Below, piece after piece: positions 40,507 to 49,990 of a DNA stretch of 64,000 nucleotides (within the stretch, counting starts at the first letter, position 1; every line of letters begins with the position of its first letter). The notes under the pieces were generated by a model that had not been told where the DNA came from, ran no database searches, and saw only the letters and a list, made by a program, of their open reading frames with translations. Made by a program: the position numbers and the translations under genes. The stretch is from a bacterium (GTDB taxonomy: Bacteria; Spirochaetota; Spirochaetia; Treponematales; Treponemataceae). Location of the stretch: the NCBI GenBank assembly GCA_963648145.1, contig CAVJCY010000005.1:2749-66748 (forward strand). The letters run 5' to 3'.

Positions 40507-40874
40507 TGGAGCATCGTACTACAAAACAAACCGGTGACGAAGGTGAAGAACGTGCTGCAAATTTTTTGCAGGAAAAAGGATATAAAATTACTGCTCGCAA
40601 ATGGCGGACAAGAGAAGGTGAAATTGATATAATTGCAGAAAAAGATGATTATCTGGTTTTTGTGGAAGTAAAAACCTTGCCGAATGCAACTTATGATATG
40701 CTTAAAAAAGTTTTAAATTCACAGAAACAGCAGAGAATTGTAAAAACTTCTAAATGTTTTTTGTTAAATCATCGAGAATATATTAGCAGTTACATAAGAT
40801 ATGATGTGATTGTACTTGATATGCAGGGCTTGCCTTCTGTTTATCATATTGAAAATGCATTCTCGGAAGAATGA
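40506..40874 (+). CDS. yraN: YraN family nuclease-like protein
   Basis: GEIDIIA, LVFVEVKT, RYDV and HIENAF motifs. Confidence 0.92.
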   Translation: MEHRTTKQTGDEGEERAANFLQEKGYKITARKWRTREGEIDIIAEKDDYLVFVEVKTLPNATYDMLKKVLNSQKQQRIVKTSKCFLLNHREYISSYIRYDVIVLDMQGLPSVYHIENAFSEE

Positions 40875-40896
40875 AAATCAGAAAGTGGGAGTTTTT

Positions 40897-41097
40897 ATGA
40901 TTTCTGGTGGAAAATCATCTTCAGCTGCAACTCTTGTACTGGAAAAAGAGCAGGATTACGAGCTGTCACCGCGTTTACTTGAATTGCGGGAAAAAATTAA
41001 AAGTCAGGAATATCTTGAAAATGCTATTCTTAGAATTGCCACGGTAATAAGTGGCAGGTTGCTTGAAGATAACGAGGAACTGAAATTCAGAGATTAG
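40897..41097 (+). CDS. Small hypothetical protein with FlgM-C-terminal-like pattern
   Basis: SD GGGAG before ATG 40897. Pattern RLLELREKIKSQEYL..IA. Confidence 0.6.
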   Translation: MISGGKSSSAATLVLEKEQDYELSPRLLELREKIKSQEYLENAILRIATVISGRLLEDNEELKFRD

Positions 41098-41132
41098 ATT
41101 TTCTGTCTAGTGGCTAAAATCAGGAAAAAGAA

Positions 41133-41612
41133 ATGGATAGAAATCGCCGACATAAAAAAAACAATCAGAACTGGAAAGCTCAAAAAAGTCAGCAGGCAGT
41201 TGAGCGCAACGTTCCCCCCGTTGATGAACCGAAAAAAACGTTTCATTTTAATGGTTCAAACTATGTAGGCGATAAAGAAACAAAGCAGGCAATTCTTGAA
41301 ATTAAATGCCGGGAGGTAATTTGCCCGTGTTGTGGTCAGCAGATTACTGATATTGCAAGCGCACTTACAGATAAAGAAACTCAAAAACCGGCTCATTTTG
41401 AATGTGTTTTAGAAAAAGTTTCTTCTGCGGAAAGTTTGGGCGAAAACGAAAAAATCGCTTACATTGGACAGGGGCGTTTTGGAATCCTTTATTTTGAAAA
41501 TCCGCGTGATCAACGAAAATTTACTATAAAAAAAATAATTGAATGGGAAGAGCGCGATAAAGTTTCGCCGTGGCGCGCCGAACTTAGTGAACTTTACAGT
41601 AAAGTAAAATAA
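41133..41612 (+). CDS. Hypothetical protein with CxxC..HxxC metal site
   Basis: CPCC..HFEC and YIGQGRFG. Confidence 0.75.
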   Translation: MDRNRRHKKNNQNWKAQKSQQAVERNVPPVDEPKKTFHFNGSNYVGDKETKQAILEIKCREVICPCCGQQITDIASALTDKETQKPAHFECVLEKVSSAESLGENEKIAYIGQGRFGILYFENPRDQRKFTIKKIIEWEERDKVSPWRAELSELYSKVK

Positions 41613-41648
41613 GGGAACCTCTAAAAATTGCAATTTTTAGAGATGCCC
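41613..41648. mobile_element. MITE, 36-bp minimal form
   Basis: Immediately after TAA. Flanks ATAA/AGAA. Confidence 0.85.
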
Positions 41649-41706
41649 AGAATTTTTACAAGAGGTCGTGAATGCGGCCTTTTTTTTTTGCTAAAAGGAT
41701 TTTTAT

Positions 41707-42822
41707 ATGGAAATTACAGTTTTGTGCAAAGTTGTAGATAATTTTGGTGACATAGGAGTTTGCTGGCGGCTTTGCATGCAGTTAAAGAAAAAATATCCGG
41801 AAATAAAATTAAATCTTGTGGTTCAGGGCTTGGATTCCTTTAAAAAAATCTGGAATGAGGTTCGTAAAACGTTTTCTTTCCAAAAAATCTGCGGAATTAA
41901 CGTTTATGACTGGAATAATTTTGATTTTTGCTACAAGGAATTTTCAGAAAATCAAAATCGTCTGCAAGTAATTTTGGAATGTTTTCAGTGCGGACGTCCT
42001 GATTGGCTTGAAAAAATCCTTTTTGACGATGATTTAACACATACGGTTCAAATTATTATGATTGACTACCTTACCGCAGAAAAATATGCTGAGGATTTTC
42101 ATAAACTAAAGTCACTTACAAGGCGCGCAAAAGTCCAGAAAGTTAATTTTATGCCCGGTTTTACAGAAAAAACCGGAGGGCTCATTATTGACCAAAATTG
42201 GCAGACTTTAAAACCTCGTAATAAAAACGGCGGAGTTTTGTTTTTTACCTACGATAAGCCTCAAAAATTCTGGATTAGTTTTTTTAAAGGGACTGGAAAA
42301 TCAGGATTTGAAAAAAAAATAATGATAGCACAGGGAAATGGTGCTGAATCTCTAAAAAAATCTCTTGAAGAATTTAATAAAAAAAATCAGCAGAAAATTG
42401 ATTTTGAAATTCTCCCCTTTTTAAATCAGAATGACTGGGATATTTTGATGCAAAATTGTTCTTCGCTTGTAATCCGTGGTGAAGAATCTATGAGCCGGGC
42501 CTGTCTTGCCGGTTTGCCTTTTATCTGGCACGCTTATCCTCAGACAGACGAATATCAGATTGTAAAAATGAATGCACTTTTGGAAAGAATGAAAAGGCAT
42601 TTTTCTGATTCTGATTTTGAAATTGTTTCAAAAATGTGGACGATTTTTAATTCCCCGGCCGAAAATTTAATGGAAAATGAAATTGAAGAAGTCGCTTTTT
42701 TGTGGTTCGCGAATATAGAAAAACTGCTTCCGGGATTTTTTGATTTTTCAAAAAGTTTAATAAACAACGGCGACCTTGTTTCAAAACTGATGACTTTTAT
42801 AAATCAAATTTATATAATGTAA
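41707..42822 (+). CDS. earP: EF-P arginine rhamnosyltransferase
   Basis: CKVVDNFGDIGVCWRL, MPGFTEKTGGL, IRGEESMSRA and PFIWHAYPQ motifs. Directly upstream of efp. Confidence 0.92.
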   Translation: MEITVLCKVVDNFGDIGVCWRLCMQLKKKYPEIKLNLVVQGLDSFKKIWNEVRKTFSFQKICGINVYDWNNFDFCYKEFSENQNRLQVILECFQCGRPDWLEKILFDDDLTHTVQIIMIDYLTAEKYAEDFHKLKSLTRRAKVQKVNFMPGFTEKTGGLIIDQNWQTLKPRNKNGGVLFFTYDKPQKFWISFFKGTGKSGFEKKIMIAQGNGAESLKKSLEEFNKKNQQKIDFEILPFLNQNDWDILMQNCSSLVIRGEESMSRACLAGLPFIWHAYPQTDEYQIVKMNALLERMKRHFSDSDFEIVSKMWTIFNSPAENLMENEIEEVAFLWFANIEKLLPGFFDFSKSLINNGDLVSKLMTFINQIYIM

Positions 42823-42855
42823 ATATTCTTTTCTAAAATTTTAGAGGTATTTTTT

Positions 42856-43425
42856 ATGTTAATGACATCACAGTTAAAAGTCGGAACAGCTTTCTTATAT
42901 GAAGGTAATGCTCTTATTGTTCAGAAAATGCTTGGTCAGCGTTCTGGACGAGCAGGAATGGTAACTAATCTTCGCGTAAAGAATCTTGTAACAAACTCAA
43001 CAATGGATCTTGGTATTGATGCCGGCGAAAAATTCGATGAAGTTGATCTTGAACCACATTTAACAAAACTTTCTTACATTGATGGTGATACATTTGTATT
43101 TATGGATCAGGATACTTTTGAACAGTTTGAACTTCCAAAAGAAGACCTTGGTGATTATGCAGGTTACATTACTCCGGATGATGACCTTGAAGTAAACCTT
43201 ACATTCTATGAAGGAAAACCAGTTGGTATAGATCTTCCAGTTCGTGTTACACGTACTGTTACTTATTGTGAACCTGGTATCAAAGGAGATACTTCTGGAA
43301 AATCTATGAAACCTGCAACTCTTGATACAGGAATTGAAGTTCGTGTTCCTTTGTTCATCAATACAGGTGATAAGATTGTTATTGATACTCGCGACGGTTC
43401 ATTCCTTGAAAGAGCAAAGAACTAA
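42856..43425 (+). CDS. efp: Elongation factor P, arginine type
   Basis: Loop RSGRAG. FMDQDTFEQ, PGIKGDT, KPATLDTG and VPLFI motifs. Confidence 0.96.
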   Translation: MLMTSQLKVGTAFLYEGNALIVQKMLGQRSGRAGMVTNLRVKNLVTNSTMDLGIDAGEKFDEVDLEPHLTKLSYIDGDTFVFMDQDTFEQFELPKEDLGDYAGYITPDDDLEVNLTFYEGKPVGIDLPVRVTRTVTYCEPGIKGDTSGKSMKPATLDTGIEVRVPLFINTGDKIVIDTRDGSFLERAKN

Positions 43426-43448
43426 AGTGAAAATCTGAATTTTTCTGA

Positions 43449-43479
43449 AAGGCAGCTTTTTGTGGCTGCTTTTTTTTTT
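43449..43479 (+). terminator. Terminator after efp
   Basis: AAGGCAGC...GCTGCTT plus T run. Confidence 0.75.
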
Positions 43480-43480
43480 A

Positions 43481-43612
43481 GGGAACCTCTAAAAATTGCA
43501 ATTTTTAGAGATAACTCTGAAAACGCGATGTTTTAATTCATGCTATATCAACGAATTAAAACCCGCACGTTTATCTAAATAAAGCATTGAAAATGATTTT
43601 TTAGAGATGACT
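43481..43612. mobile_element. MITE, full three-hairpin form
   Basis: GGGAACCTCTAAAAA...TTTTTAGAGATGACT with TTTA/TTTA duplication. Confidence 0.9.
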
Positions 43613-43644
43613 TTTATTTAATGGCAGTTTTTTGGTTTTGAATG

Positions 43645-44337
43645 CTAATCAAGAGACTGAAGTTCTATGGCAATTTCTTCCATTTCGCGGTCAGTCATGG
43701 CAATTGTTTCTGCAACGCGGTAAAGTTCGCGTCGAACACTGTCCGGGACTTTTGCAGAATTTTTATATTTCAGTTCATGCTCAAGAGTTGCCCAGAAATC
43801 CATTGCAATTGTGCGCAACTGAATTTCCACGTGGACGTTGTGTTCTGTTTTTGAAAGATAAACCGGAGTTTCCACGACCAAATGAAGACTTCTGTATCCT
43901 GATTGTTTAGGTTGCTGAATATAGTCTTTTTCTGTAATGAGTTTTATGTCTGGCTGTTTTAAAAGCATGTTTTTTACTGAATAAATATCAGAAATGTAAG
44001 GACATATGACGCGCACACCCGCTATATCATCAAGATTTTCTGTCATACATTCAAAACTGACGGGAAGATGTTTCTTTTCAAGTTTTGCGACAATGCTTTC
44101 TGCAGATTTTATTCTTGTTTTTATTGTTTCAATAGGATTTCTTTGGCGGTTTACTTTACTTTCCTTGTTCAGAATTTCCAGTTTTGTTTCTATCTGTTTG
44201 ATAGCACTTTCGTAAATCATCATAATCTGCTGATATTGCAGTGCCATTTTAAAAAAATCGTTTGATTGTTCCGGATTTTCAATTCCTGCGACAGCCGGAA
44301 GTAAATTTATATCTGTTTCACTGTTGAATTGTTCCAT
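43645..44337 (-). CDS. Small alarmone synthetase (RelP/RelQ-like)
   Basis: RIKS..SI..K, DIAGVR, GYRSLH and EIQLRTIAMDFWATLEH motifs. Confidence 0.93.
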   Translation of the reverse strand: MEQFNSETDINLLPAVAGIENPEQSNDFFKMALQYQQIMMIYESAIKQIETKLEILNKESKVNRQRNPIETIKTRIKSAESIVAKLEKKHLPVSFECMTENLDDIAGVRVICPYISDIYSVKNMLLKQPDIKLITEKDYIQQPKQSGYRSLHLVVETPVYLSKTEHNVHVEIQLRTIAMDFWATLEHELKYKNSAKVPDSVRRELYRVAETIAMTDREMEEIAIELQSLD

Positions 44338-44406
44338 AATTTATAATTAAAGATAGTAAAATCAAAATGGTAATTCAAGTAAAAAATCTGTTGTAAGTTT
44401 TTTTGA

Positions 44407-44437
44407 GGGAACTTTGATTGTATTTTTAGAGGTTCCC
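44407..44437. mobile_element. Degenerate minimal MITE
   Basis: GGGAACT...TTTTTAGAGGTTCCC. Confidence 0.6.
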
Positions 44438-44456
44438 ATAACTTTGTCCTAAATAC

Positions 44457-44492
44457 AAAAAGGCTGCTGAAAAAAATCAGCAGCCTTTCTTT
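44457..44492 (-). terminator. Intrinsic terminator
   Basis: AAAAAGGCTGCTGA...TCAGCAGCCTTT. Confidence 0.8.
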
Positions 44493-45305
44493 TTAGTCTT
44501 CTTTCCATGGGAAAATGAGAGATTTAAATGTTCTTTGCCCTAAAAGTTCTTTGTCGTTGTAAATTAACTCTTCCCAAGGAATTTTACGGCGCTGACGTTT
44601 AGACTGCAATTCCGGATGTTCGTCCAGGTAATCATATTTGTAAAGGCGGAGTTTTAGAGCATTTGTTTTTGCAACAAGAATTCCGCCGAAAGATGGAATA
44701 AAACCAACTGCAATAACAGAAATTGCCGTGAGCAACAGAGAGTATAAAAACATCAGAATTGAAAATCCGGTATTGTCAAAAAATATGATAAAGGATTTTT
44801 TAAAGCACTTTTTAAAATTATTGTTCATAAGAGAACGGATTGGCAAAAACCACTGAATTGAAAGGTAATAGAAAAAATCAATCCAAATTACGACGGCACC
44901 AAGAAAAACTCCTAAAAGCGAATATCTTGTAAGGAATTCTTCGCCCCAGTACTGGGAAACTGCAATATAAGAGCCAATACCCACAACGGAATTCATAAGT
45001 CCAAAAAGAGCACCGTCCTTTATACAATGTGGAATGGCCTTAAAATAATCAACAATTTTAACACTGTCAAAATCTGCCATTTTTGCACAGGAATCGCCGA
45101 ATGCAAAAATCAAAATTGAAATGAACATTGAAGCAATAATAATTATTCCAAAAAGAATCCAATCATTTTGAAATTTATTTGCCATTGCTGTCAAAAGCCA
45201 CAAAAAACCGACAAGCGAAAAAACACAAAGCACATTTGTAATGATTACAGAAACAAGATTGTCCCAGGCATCAAAAAAACTTTTCTTCATCATGAATCTA
45301 AACAT
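44493..45305 (-). CDS. Multi-pass membrane protein, unknown function
   Basis: About 6 TM helices and a charged C-terminal tail. Confidence 0.8.
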   Translation of the reverse strand: MFRFMMKKSFFDAWDNLVSVIITNVLCVFSLVGFLWLLTAMANKFQNDWILFGIIIIASMFISILIFAFGDSCAKMADFDSVKIVDYFKAIPHCIKDGALFGLMNSVVGIGSYIAVSQYWGEEFLTRYSLLGVFLGAVVIWIDFFYYLSIQWFLPIRSLMNNNFKKCFKKSFIIFFDNTGFSILMFLYSLLLTAISVIAVGFIPSFGGILVAKTNALKLRLYKYDYLDEHPELQSKRQRRKIPWEELIYNDKELLGQRTFKSLIFPWKED

Positions 45306-45366
45306 AGTCTAAATTTAGCAGGAAAAAATTGTAAAAACAATATAAAATGAAAAAATCAGGTAAAAA

Positions 45367-45801
45367 ATGGCAGAAGATTCTATTAATCAAAGTATTTCAT
45401 TAGTTTCTAAAATTCATTCGCAGACGGCAGATTTTCTTGTGCAGAAGTTTAAAGAAAAAGGAATGCCGGATTTTGCATCGTCGCACGGAAATATTCTTTT
45501 TCAGTTGAGTAAAAATGAAACTATGACGATGAAAGAACTTTCGCAAAAAATTAACCGTGATAAATCTACGACGACCGTGCTGGTGCGAAAATTAATTTGC
45601 GAAGGTCTTGTAACTTCCGTGCCGGACAAAAATGACCGCCGCAGCCTGAAAATTCAACTGACCGAAAAAGGCCGTGAATACAATATTTGTACTACCCAAA
45701 TTTCTGAAGAACTGATAGAAACTTTTTATAAAAATTTTACGGAAGAAGAAAAACAGAAATTCTTTGAATTTTTAAAACGTGCCGCAGATAATTTTGCGTA
45801 A
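45367..45801 (+). CDS. MarR family regulator
   Basis: KELS..DKSTTTVLVRKL..DRRS..LTEKG motif. Confidence 0.93.
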   Translation: MAEDSINQSISLVSKIHSQTADFLVQKFKEKGMPDFASSHGNILFQLSKNETMTMKELSQKINRDKSTTTVLVRKLICEGLVTSVPDKNDRRSLKIQLTEKGREYNICTTQISEELIETFYKNFTEEEKQKFFEFLKRAADNFA

Positions 45802-45939
45802 ACGATTATGGCAGTTGTGAAGTTTCTTGCGATATTGCATTTTTAAGGAAAGCGGAAGACTGGGAAGCATCATTTATTCATTGCGGACTTTAGATGAAAG
45901 ACAGAACTGCAGAAAATCGCGACACGAAGGGGAACGCCC
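45796..45939. repeat. Degenerate multibranch repeat, copy H (reverse orientation)
   Basis: Minus strand GGGCGTTCCCC...GCAGTTC...CTGC...TTTACGC. Overlaps the marR stop. Confidence 0.55.
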
Positions 45940-45970
45940 GTAAAAAAAAATAGTTTTATATCAAAGTATA

Positions 45971-45999
45971 TTGACATTAGTTTTATATAAAACTATATT
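45971..45999 (+). promoter_or_regulatory. sigma70 promoter of BMP-ABC operon (probably leaderless)
   Basis: TTGACA-17 nt-TATATT, 7 nt before ATG 46007. Confidence 0.8.
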
Positions 46000-46006
46000 T
46001 TTGATT

Positions 46007-47002
46007 ATGAAGAAAATAATTTTAGCGGTTTTAAGTTTGAGCGTTTTGGCTTTTGTGGGTTGTTCTGAAAAAAGTTCTGGAAAAAATATAGCTGTTTTTG
46101 TTCCGGGGATTTGTGATAATTCGCCGGTTTATGCAATGCTTCGTGATGGCGTTGTGCAGGCAGTAGAAAATTACAATGCGCAGTGCTCTGATGATAAAAA
46201 AGTGACTTACCAGGTTATGGAAGCGGGTACGAATCAGGCTGAATGGGGACCTAAAATTACTTCGCTTGCGGCAAGTGGCAAGTATGATGTTATAATTTCT
46301 TCTAATCCTTCGTTGCCGGAACTTTGTCTGCCGGTTTTGCAACAGTTTCCGTCACAGAAATTTATTTTGATGGACGCAAGTCTTGAAGGAAATCCTAATT
46401 TTTATACGCTTTGTTACAATCAGTACGAGCAGGCTTATCTGACTGGTTTTATAGGCGGACTGATGTCTAAGAGTCACAAACTGGGACTGATTGCGGCACA
46501 AGAATATCCAGTCATGAATAATATTTTGTATCCTTATTTTGAAAAAGGAGCAAAGTCCGCTGATTCAAATTCTACCGTGGAATTTAGAATTGTGGGTAAT
46601 TGGTATGATGCAACGAAAGGTGCTGAACTTGCAGATGCTTTAATTGCGGGCGGTGTTGATGTAATTTTGCCGATTTGTGGCGGTGCGGCACAGGGGGTTA
46701 TTAATTCCTGTGTGAATGCCGGCGTTTATGTTACCTGGTTTGATGATAACGGATTTTCAAAGGCTCCGGGTACTGTAATTTCAAGTTCTGTTATGGAACA
46801 GAAAAAAATGACATTGGAAGTTACAGAAAAATATTTAAATAATCAGATTGAATGGGGCAGGGCAGACATGGTTGGTCTAAAAGAAGGATATATAAAATTT
46901 ATTGAAGATGATCCGCTTTACATTTCTGCTGTTCCTGAAAATGTGCGTGATAAAATGCATTCTGAAATTGAAAAAATCAGTTCTTACGGTTTGGAAAAAT
47001 AA
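46007..47002 (+). CDS. BMP family ABC substrate-binding lipoprotein (nucleoside/riboflavin class)
   Basis: Lipobox FVGC. GNWYDATKG and GVDVILPICGGA motifs. Confidence 0.9.
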   Translation: MKKIILAVLSLSVLAFVGCSEKSSGKNIAVFVPGICDNSPVYAMLRDGVVQAVENYNAQCSDDKKVTYQVMEAGTNQAEWGPKITSLAASGKYDVIISSNPSLPELCLPVLQQFPSQKFILMDASLEGNPNFYTLCYNQYEQAYLTGFIGGLMSKSHKLGLIAAQEYPVMNNILYPYFEKGAKSADSNSTVEFRIVGNWYDATKGAELADALIAGGVDVILPICGGAAQGVINSCVNAGVYVTWFDDNGFSKAPGTVISSSVMEQKKMTLEVTEKYLNNQIEWGRADMVGLKEGYIKFIEDDPLYISAVPENVRDKMHSEIEKISSYGLEK

Positions 47003-47005
47003 TTA

Positions 47006-48217
47006 ATGCTGGAACTGAAAAATATTTGCCTTACTTACAGTTATAAAAAAGTTCTTTGTGGTGTAAATGCCAGATTTGAATCAGGAAAAATTTATTCACT
47101 TCTTGGAGAAAACGGTGCCGGAAAATCCACACTTGCGCACATTATCTGCGGAGATTTGCATCAGGATTCTGGAAATTTGATTTTAAACGGCGAAGAAATG
47201 AATTTTTATTCTGCAGGGCAGGCACTAAAAAAAGGAATTGGCTGTGTTCATCAGCGACCACTTCTTGCCGATTCTATTTCTGTCTGGGAAAATCTGCAGC
47301 TTGGAAATAATCATTTGAAAAAAAAGGATGCAGAAACTCTGCTAAAAAGTTTGATTCCCGACATAAAAATGAAAATTTCGGTAAAAAATCTGAATCCTGC
47401 GCAGAAATTTTTTGTTTCTTTGGCAGGAATTCTTTTAAAAAATCCCAAGATACTTATTCTTGATGAACCGACGACGCTTCTGGAGCCTAAACAGGCGGAT
47501 TTTCTTTTTGAAATTTTAAAGCAAAAGACAGCGGCTGGAATGACCATTCTTGTGATTACCCATAATCTGAACGAAGCGATTTTCAAAACGGATGGAATTG
47601 TAATTTTAAAAGACGGCAACGTGATTGCTTCAGGAAATTCCCGCGATTTTACTGAATCAAAAATCCATAAACTGATGTTTGACCAGTTGCCCACGGACGC
47701 TGTGTTTCCGGTGAACACTGAAGTTCCCGGTGTTCACGCTGAATCAACGGTGAACACAGAACTTCCCCTTTCTTTCATTAAAAAACTGTACACAACGGAA
47801 GCAGAAGACAGCCTTACGGGAATGGACAGTGACAAAATCCAAAAGTTGAGAAAAGAGGGTACGGCAATTATTCCTTCAGACAGAACTTTTAGGGCATCAA
47901 ATCCTGATTTGACAATTTTACAATTGACGACAACTTATAAAACTGGATTGTCAAAAAAAGCACTTGCCGAATATGCCTGGAAAATTACTCAAAAAGCTGG
48001 CGTAAATATTCATCTGGATGAAAAAGTTAATTGTCTTTCTGGCGGAATGTTGCAACGCCTTATTTTACAGCGGGAACTTGATTTGAATTCAAAGAAAATT
48101 ATTTTCTGTTCGCCGTATCAGGGATTGGACAGCGATGCCGTTTGCAAACTCAACAAAATTATTGCCGACTTGATAAAAAAAGGAACAAAAATAATTCTTG
48201 CAGGAGAACTTTCGTGA
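47006..48217 (+). CDS. CUT2-type ABC ATPase with shortened second domain
   Basis: GENGAGKST and LILDEPT. Partial second domain IPSDR..LSGG. Confidence 0.85.
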   Translation: MLELKNICLTYSYKKVLCGVNARFESGKIYSLLGENGAGKSTLAHIICGDLHQDSGNLILNGEEMNFYSAGQALKKGIGCVHQRPLLADSISVWENLQLGNNHLKKKDAETLLKSLIPDIKMKISVKNLNPAQKFFVSLAGILLKNPKILILDEPTTLLEPKQADFLFEILKQKTAAGMTILVITHNLNEAIFKTDGIVILKDGNVIASGNSRDFTESKIHKLMFDQLPTDAVFPVNTEVPGVHAESTVNTELPLSFIKKLYTTEAEDSLTGMDSDKIQKLRKEGTAIIPSDRTFRASNPDLTILQLTTTYKTGLSKKALAEYAWKITQKAGVNIHLDEKVNCLSGGMLQRLILQRELDLNSKKIIFCSPYQGLDSDAVCKLNKIIADLIKKGTKIILAGELS

Positions 48218-49158
48218 ATCTTTATTATTTTGGAACAGCACTTTCTCTTTCTGCACTTTATATGATTGCCGGTTGCGGAAGTCTTTTTGCAATAAAAAGC
48301 GGGGAATTTAATATGGGGGGCGAAGGCCAGATTTATGCCGGTGGCTTTATCTGCGCCATTTTTTTGAATTTTGCCACAAAATTTAATCTTCCGGCTATTC
48401 CAGCTGTTTTTCTTGCAATGATTGCTGCTTTTTTACTTTCCGGATTTCTTGCATTTTTAAGTTCAATTTTAAAAAATTACAAAAATGCTTCGCCACTTTT
48501 TACCACTTTTATTGTTTCCGCGACCATTATTCCGTTGATTGACGGTCTTATTGCGGGACCTTTCAGAACAAACGAAGGAAATTTACTTTCCACCGCTTTT
48601 ATAAATCAAAACTATAGATTCCATTCCATTTTGCCGCCATCTTCTTGTAATGCAACTTTGATTTTTGCAGTTTTTTTGTGCATTGCACTTTATTTTTTCT
48701 TTGACCGCTCGTCTTTTGGCAGAAAAATCACGATTTTTGGAATTTCTCCTGAATTTTCAAAATATTCCGGCTATAACAATTTTTTGATGAGAAATTTTTC
48801 CCTGTTTATTTCCGGAGGTTTGCATGGAATTTGCGGTTCAGTGGCTGTTTTGGGAACATATTTTACCTGCCATTCAGGATTTTATTCAGGAATGGGCTGG
48901 AATGCACTGTCAGCTTCTCTTATTGCCTGTTCAAATCCTGTTTTGCTAATTCTGTCTTCTGTAGTGCTTGCATTTATTGTTACTTATGCCGACAAATTTG
49001 CTCTTTTTAATAGTCTGGGATTTGATATTTCGTCTTTAATTCAAGGAATTATACTTTTTATGATTGGATTTTGTTTAAAAGGTTCTGCATTTGCAGATTT
49101 TGCGCAGAAATTTAAAACTTCAAGCCTTAAAAAAAGAAATCAGAGGGGGGAAAAATGA
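48214..49158 (+). CDS. ABC permease (nucleoside/sugar type)
   Basis: FNMGGEGQIYAG motif. GTGA overlap with the upstream stop. Confidence 0.88.
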   Translation: MNLYYFGTALSLSALYMIAGCGSLFAIKSGEFNMGGEGQIYAGGFICAIFLNFATKFNLPAIPAVFLAMIAAFLLSGFLAFLSSILKNYKNASPLFTTFIVSATIIPLIDGLIAGPFRTNEGNLLSTAFINQNYRFHSILPPSSCNATLIFAVFLCIALYFFFDRSSFGRKITIFGISPEFSKYSGYNNFLMRNFSLFISGGLHGICGSVAVLGTYFTCHSGFYSGMGWNALSASLIACSNPVLLILSSVVLAFIVTYADKFALFNSLGFDISSLIQGIILFMIGFCLKGSAFADFAQKFKTSSLKKRNQRGEK

Positions 49159-49976
49159 ATCCTTTGGCAATAGTTTCTTCTGCCTGTCCTTTAATTTTGT
49201 GTTCGACGGGGGCACTTTTTAGCGAATATGCGGGAATTCTTTCTCTTTTTCTTGAAGGTTTGATTTCTTTTTCCGCATTTTTAACATATTTGTTTACAAT
49301 TTTTACCGGAAACGCATTTTTTGGTCAGGTGATTTCTTCCTTGATTTGCGTGATTTTAGTTTTTGGTGCAGCACTTTTGATAGAAAAATTTAAGGCAAAC
49401 CATTTTATATGTTCAATTGCTTTGAATCTTATTTTTTCTGCATTGATTTCACTATTTTCCTTTTTGATTTTTAAAACGCGCGGAGTTTTAACTTCACTGT
49501 TGTTTAGTTTTGATTTAAAAACGCTAAGAATTATAACGATTTTTGTAACCGTGATTTTTGTTGCAGCCGGAATATTTTTTATTTCTAAAACAAAAGGCGG
49601 AATTTACCTTCGTATTACTGGCAGTGATTCTGAAGTTTTAATGGCAAAAGGTGTGAACCCTGAATTTTACAGAATTTTATCCTGGTGCGTGGCAGCGTTT
49701 TATGCAAGTCTTGCCGGCGGATTTTTAGCGTTCAGGATTTCAAGTTTTGTCCCGAATATTGCAAGCGGAAGAGGCTGGATGGCACTGGCGGCGGTTTTTC
49801 TTGGCAAAAAAAAGACATGGAAAATTGTTCTTGCAGTTTTGATTTTTTGTTGTGCAGAATTTTTTTCTTCCGTGATTCAAAATTTTATTTCTGTGCCACC
49901 GGCAGTTTTGCTGAGTTTTCCGTATTTAATTGTAATTTTGATGATTGCCGCAGGCAAAAAACATGGCGAAAATTAA
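49155..49976 (+). CDS. ABC permease (nucleoside/sugar type)
   Basis: SEYAG..LEG and GRGWMALAAVFLG motifs. Confidence 0.88.
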   Translation: MNPLAIVSSACPLILCSTGALFSEYAGILSLFLEGLISFSAFLTYLFTIFTGNAFFGQVISSLICVILVFGAALLIEKFKANHFICSIALNLIFSALISLFSFLIFKTRGVLTSLLFSFDLKTLRIITIFVTVIFVAAGIFFISKTKGGIYLRITGSDSEVLMAKGVNPEFYRILSWCVAAFYASLAGGFLAFRISSFVPNIASGRGWMALAAVFLGKKKTWKIVLAVLIFCCAEFFSSVIQNFISVPPAVLLSFPYLIVILMIAAGKKHGEN

Positions 49977-49990
49977 ATTTTGTGGACTTT

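Noticed and set aside
43645..44337. Small alarmone synthetase as a toxSAS toxin-antitoxin module
   Set aside because: It looks like a housekeeping RelP/RelQ type, is separated from the upstream gene by a terminator, and has no adjacent antitoxin-like ORF.
45971..46006. TTG start of the BMP lipoprotein given by the ORF track
   Set aside because: That TTG is the -35 box. The signal peptide begins at ATG 46007.
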